37,948 nt of DNA from Actinomycetota bacterium. Lineage in GTDB: Bacteria; Actinomycetota; Actinomycetes; Nanopelagicales; Nanopelagicaceae. How positions within the stretch are numbered: position 1 is the stretch's first letter; each line of letters opens with the position of its first letter. The notes under the pieces are model-generated. The model saw only the letters and a list, made by a program, of their open reading frames with translations. It was not told where the DNA came from and searched no databases. Of the stretch, positions 34,705 through 37,948 are shown piece by piece. The stretch spans positions 1 through 37,948 of the forward strand of contig JBDKLQ010000003.1 in the NCBI GenBank assembly GCA_039795555.1, written 5' to 3'. Made by a program: the position numbers and the translations under genes.

Positions 34705-35481
34705 CTATTTATTAGCTAGCGTTGCTGGGTGGTGATTAATAAATAAAGGCAAATTACGTTTCTTTAAAAGTTCCATTCGGGAGTCACAGATTTTCGCCAA
34801 AATTTTGTATGCCGCTTCACCCATCAAAGCGACAAGTTCGGCCTTATTCGATTTGTAAACCGGTTCTTTACCAACGTGCGCTTCAGTATTACTTGTGCAA
34901 TACCAATCAAAATCTTCGCCGCCTTCGCCCCAGCCAAGGCGTTCGTATTCACCAATAACGGTAACGAGCGATTCGTGTTCGGCGACAGGTCGTAATTCGT
35001 AACTGCGGCGAATCGGTAATTGCCAACAAACATCTGGTTTTAATTCCAGCGGATTTTTTCCTTCTTTTAGCGCGAGGTGATGCAGTGCGCAGCCGAATTG
35101 TCCATCAAATTCTTTGCGATTTAAGAAGATACAAGATTTTTGCACTTGGCGAGTTTTGCGCTCGCCATCTTCATCTTTTTCGCTGATATTTAATTTTCCA
35201 CTTTTAGTATGGCCTTCGTTGTAGAACTGCCACATATCTGGCGTTAATCGCTTCGCTGCCTTAGTTACGCGAAATTCATCTTCAGTATCGGAGTACATCG
35301 CACCTTCAGTGCAGCAACCATCATTTGGTCGATCTTTAAATAAACCTTTACAGCCCGAGCCGTAGATACAGCTCCAATTAGAGGTGAGCCAAGTTAGATC
35401 GCATTTAAAGATTGCTTCCGCATTATTTGGGTCTGTGAATTCAACCCAATCTCGGGTAAAACCAGAAGCAATTTCGGTCAT
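34705..35481 (-). CDS. Cysteine-cluster protein, YkgJ/UPF0153 (CxxCxxCC)-like putative Fe-S or zinc binding
   Basis: 258 aa with 10 Cys. CIYGSGCKG...DGCC, then CIFLNRKEFDGQFGCALHHLALKEGKNPLELKPDVCWQLP follows the C-x-F-L ... C-x-L-H ... K-P-x2-C-x2-L-P pattern of that family (recalled from memory). Confidence 0.5.
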   Translation of the reverse strand: MTEIASGFTRDWVEFTDPNNAEAIFKCDLTWLTSNWSCIYGSGCKGLFKDRPNDGCCTEGAMYSDTEDEFRVTKAAKRLTPDMWQFYNEGHTKSGKLNISEKDEDGERKTRQVQKSCIFLNRKEFDGQFGCALHHLALKEGKNPLELKPDVCWQLPIRRSYELRPVAEHESLVTVIGEYERLGWGEGGEDFDWYCTSNTEAHVGKEPVYKSNKAELVALMGEAAYKILAKICDSRMELLKKRNLPLFINHHPATLANK

Positions 35482-35518
35482 AAGACGCGAAGCCTACCAA
35501 TACAGGTAACCTTTCGCT

Positions 35519-36319
35519 GTGGCTACAAATCAGATAAAACAGATATCACTCATTGGTGCTGGCGTAATGGGTGAAGCGTTGATTGCTGCACTTTTAAAAG
35601 CAGGCCACGATGCAAATTCGATTTCAGTGATCGAAAAACGGCGGGAACGCTGCGATGAATTAGTTGATCTCTACGGCATCAAAATCGGTTCTGATTTAGC
35701 AAAAACAGAAGTTTTATTGGTGGTCGTAAAGCCACAAGATTTAGATTCAGTTTTAAATGAGCTGAAGGGCGAGTTAAATCCAACTGCGCTTGTCGTTTCT
35801 TTTGTTGCAGGCAAGAAAATTTCCTCCATCTCAGCAGGATTAGGGAGTGAAAATCCAATTGTGCGGGTTATGCCAAATACGCCGACGTTAATTGGCCAAG
35901 GCGCAGCCGGATATTCTGTTGGGGCATCGGTAAATTCGCAGCAACGAGAATTCGTTGCTGAGTTACTAAATGCGTCCGGGATTTCGATTGAAATCGACGA
36001 AGCGTTGCAAGATGCAGTTACCGCCACGTCGGGCTCTGGTCCTGCTTACTTTTTTGCGTTTGTGGAAGCGATGATTGCTGGGGCAAAGGAGTTGGGACTT
36101 TCTGAAGCCGATGCCACTAAGTTAACGGTTCAAACATTTATTGGTGCGGCAAAGTTATTGGAAAGTAGCGGCAAGAGCGCAACAACTTTGCGCGAAAATG
36201 TAACAAGTCCTAATGGTACAACTGCGGCTGCGCTCGCCAATTTTTCAAATTCAGATTTAACTAAAATTGTGACAAATGCTATGAAGGCAGCACACGATCG
36301 CTCAATTGAATTGGGTTAA
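35519..36319 (+). CDS. proC: Pyrroline-5-carboxylate reductase
   Basis: IGAGVMGEAL NADP motif, RVMPNTP, and TSPNGTTAAAL. GTG start. Confidence 0.9.
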   Translation: MATNQIKQISLIGAGVMGEALIAALLKAGHDANSISVIEKRRERCDELVDLYGIKIGSDLAKTEVLLVVVKPQDLDSVLNELKGELNPTALVVSFVAGKKISSISAGLGSENPIVRVMPNTPTLIGQGAAGYSVGASVNSQQREFVAELLNASGISIEIDEALQDAVTATSGSGPAYFFAFVEAMIAGAKELGLSEADATKLTVQTFIGAAKLLESSGKSATTLRENVTSPNGTTAAALANFSNSDLTKIVTNAMKAAHDRSIELG

Positions 36320-36322
36320 ATC

Positions 36323-37354
36323 TTGAAACGCTTTGTCGCAATACTTTTACCTTTTCTATTTTTACCACCCGCAACTGCTGATGTTGCTCCATCAAATTTT
36401 GTAATTTCAAAAGATAAAATATTGTTGATTGGTAACTTAGAAAAAAATGGATTTGCGCAATTAGAAGGCGGCCCGCAGATTCAACTAACGGGCCCAACAG
36501 AGAGTTTTGTTAGCACCGCTTCCATAGATTCAGATGGAAATTTCTTAGTTTTTGGAAGTGGGGCAGTTGCCACAACAATAGACAATCCACCAGCAAGTGC
36601 ACCGTTAAATCCCGATAATGTCGTAGTTACACCGCAAAGTATTACTCGTGGAAATGCCACACAAATTTGGCGCTGGAAAATTTCAACCTCGGGTGAAGTA
36701 CTAGAAGCCAAAGGAGTCGAAGTTGGTTTTCCAGTTTGGGTTAAAAGCGCCTTCGGGAATTTAATCGCCGGATCTGTGGCGACCGAATCTGGTATTGCCG
36801 GCTTTTATCTTAATTGGGATGGCGTAACCAGTAAATTAAATCTAATTGGTAAAAATAGTTCAGAAATTAATGTGGTGCTAAATAATAACTATCTTGCGGG
36901 CAGTTCAGCTGAAAAGCTTTTAGGAAAAAATTTGGCAGCGAAACGAGATGGCATTCTTTATAAAATTTCTAAACCAAATTTGGTTCGAAGCAGTAACTTA
37001 AATGCCGAGCGGCGTTGGATTAGCGGAACTTCTAATTATTTTCTTGGGGGCAGCGCGATTGTGGGGAAGAAAACCGAAGCGGTCGTTACAAAATTCACGA
37101 GCAACTTCGCACCTACTTGGACCACTCGATTTCCAGCTATCGGGCCGGCAAAAGTTGTCGCTGCTAAGAAGAATTTCATGGCGGTATTTGCTACGAATGG
37201 TGGAAAAATTTCAATCATTACTTTTGATAGCCGAGGAAAGATAATTGGGCGCAAATCGATTATGGGCAGCGAAATAAGTGCTTTTGGCTATTCTGATGAA
37301 ATTGGCGCTGTAATTTTGGCGAACGGTTCGTTAAATCGATTAACTTCACGCTAA
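36323..37354 (+). CDS. Secreted protein of unknown function (repetitive beta-rich pattern)
   Basis: 343 aa with a TTG start. Signal peptide KRFVAILLPFLFLPPATA-D. Recurrent short x-x-G-S motifs (FGSGAV, IAGSVA, LAGSSA, LGGSAI). Confidence 0.5.
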   Translation: MKRFVAILLPFLFLPPATADVAPSNFVISKDKILLIGNLEKNGFAQLEGGPQIQLTGPTESFVSTASIDSDGNFLVFGSGAVATTIDNPPASAPLNPDNVVVTPQSITRGNATQIWRWKISTSGEVLEAKGVEVGFPVWVKSAFGNLIAGSVATESGIAGFYLNWDGVTSKLNLIGKNSSEINVVLNNNYLAGSSAEKLLGKNLAAKRDGILYKISKPNLVRSSNLNAERRWISGTSNYFLGGSAIVGKKTEAVVTKFTSNFAPTWTTRFPAIGPAKVVAAKKNFMAVFATNGGKISIITFDSRGKIIGRKSIMGSEISAFGYSDEIGAVILANGSLNRLTSR

Positions 37355-37363
37355 TCTACGGCC

Positions 37364-37465
37364 ATGGGTTCCGTAATTAAAAAACGCCGCAAGCGCATGG
37401 CGAAGAAGAAGCATAAGAAACTTCTAAAGAAGACTCGAATTCAGCGCCGTAACGCTAAAAAGTAA
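37364..37465 (+). CDS. Ribosomal protein bS22 (33-aa Lys/Arg-rich actinobacterial protein)
   Basis: My own translation gives [33 protein letters not shown]. It closely resembles the mycobacterial 33-aa protein found near proC. It is too short for the supplied ORF track. Confidence 0.85.
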   Translation: MGSVIKKRRKRMAKKKHKKLLKKTRIQRRNAKK

Positions 37466-37475
37466 TTAATTACTT
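37460..37475. repeat. Perfect 16-bp palindrome AAGTAATTAATTACTT containing the stop codons of both convergent genes
   Basis: Read directly. bS22 ends AAG TAA at 37460-37465, and the minus-strand gene ends AAG TAA (reverse complement of 37470-37475). Confidence 0.9.
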
Positions 37476-37948
37476 AAGAGCTACCAGTCTTCCGTTAATG
37501 CCGGCAACGGCATAGCGATTGCGTTTCCATTGGATCCAATCAGCCATGATTGGATCAGCTGACTGCCAGGAACTTACCAATTTTCCTTTTGCTAACTTGG
37601 TATCCATCACACATAGTCGCAATTCACAATTTACTAATAACAAGTTTTCATTTAGTGCCAAATAGGCATTTGGATTACCAAATTTACTTAAAGTAGAAGC
37701 AATAATTTCGCCGCCCAATACTTGCCAGCGAATGTAATCTGGATTTGGAATTGAGGTAGTTGGTGCCGTCATCCAGGTGGCCAGAATTTGCTTTCCAGAT
37801 TTTGCGATATCAACGTCATAGCCGGCAACGGCAACATTTTCTCTTGGACTATCTAAAGTTTGATATTCCCAAGCAGAAAAATCTGCCTTCTGCCTAACCG
37901 CTAATCGAATTTCACCAGAGATAGCATCGCGTTTGGTATTTACGGAAG
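37470..37948 (-). CDS. Hypothetical protein; N-terminus lies beyond the window
   Basis: The frame stays open upstream of the track's first Met (37772) to the window edge (…SVNTKRDAISGEIRLAVRQKADFSAWEYQTLDSPRENVAVAGYDVDIAKSGKQILATW-MTAP…). No recognisable motif. Confidence 0.45.
   Translation of the reverse strand, partial: SVNTKRDAISGEIRLAVRQKADFSAWEYQTLDSPRENVAVAGYDVDIAKSGKQILATWMTAPTTSIPNPDYIRWQVLGGEIIASTLSKFGNPNAYLALNENLLLVNCELRLCVMDTKLAKGKLVSSWQSADPIMADWIQWKRNRYAVAGINGRLVALK

Overview
This window looks like a chromosomal segment of a streamlined, relatively low-GC actinobacterium. The gene order is mycobacterial-type: tilS-hpt-ftsH-folE-folP-folB-folK-panC ... coaX-lysS ... clpC1, then radA, then proC followed by the 33-aa ribosomal protein bS22. 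G+C looks like about 45-50% by eye. Genes are short and intergenic gaps tiny, which would fit a freshwater planktonic lineage such as Nanopelagicales; that assignment is inference only. Coding density is very high, and 17 co-directional genes (15658-32767) are separated by at most 90 nt. I found no rRNA, CRISPR array, transposase, integrase, phage or recognisable defence genes. The left edge (1-1700) is a strikingly AT-rich sugar epimerase plus GT4 glycosyltransferase pair that abuts a tRNA-Thr(CGU), probably the rim of a flexible cell-surface glycan island. The most unusual content is a compact terminal-oxidase cluster (2109-7053). It has ctaG plus a coupled small membrane protein, transcribed divergently from an operon of a COX2-like cupredoxin protein, ctaC, ctaD and ctaE. 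The cupredoxin has a degenerate CuA motif. The subunit I has an extra N-terminal 2-TM extension and a Leu where the canonical K-pathway Lys sits. No haem-c motif occurs anywhere in the cluster. Other points of interest are a one-mismatch Nur-box-like palindrome in front of a NiCoT nickel/cobalt permease, facing a tiny secreted His/Glu-rich, poly-Lys-tailed protein. The radA operon lacks disA and is flanked by a Cys-cluster protein and a small membrane protein. nadB-nadC sit where mycobacteria have panD, and a GNAT sits where they have lsr2. There are also several perfect palindromes and hairpins in the few non-coding gaps. All functional calls rest on motifs read by eye from the supplied translations. 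No database search was run.
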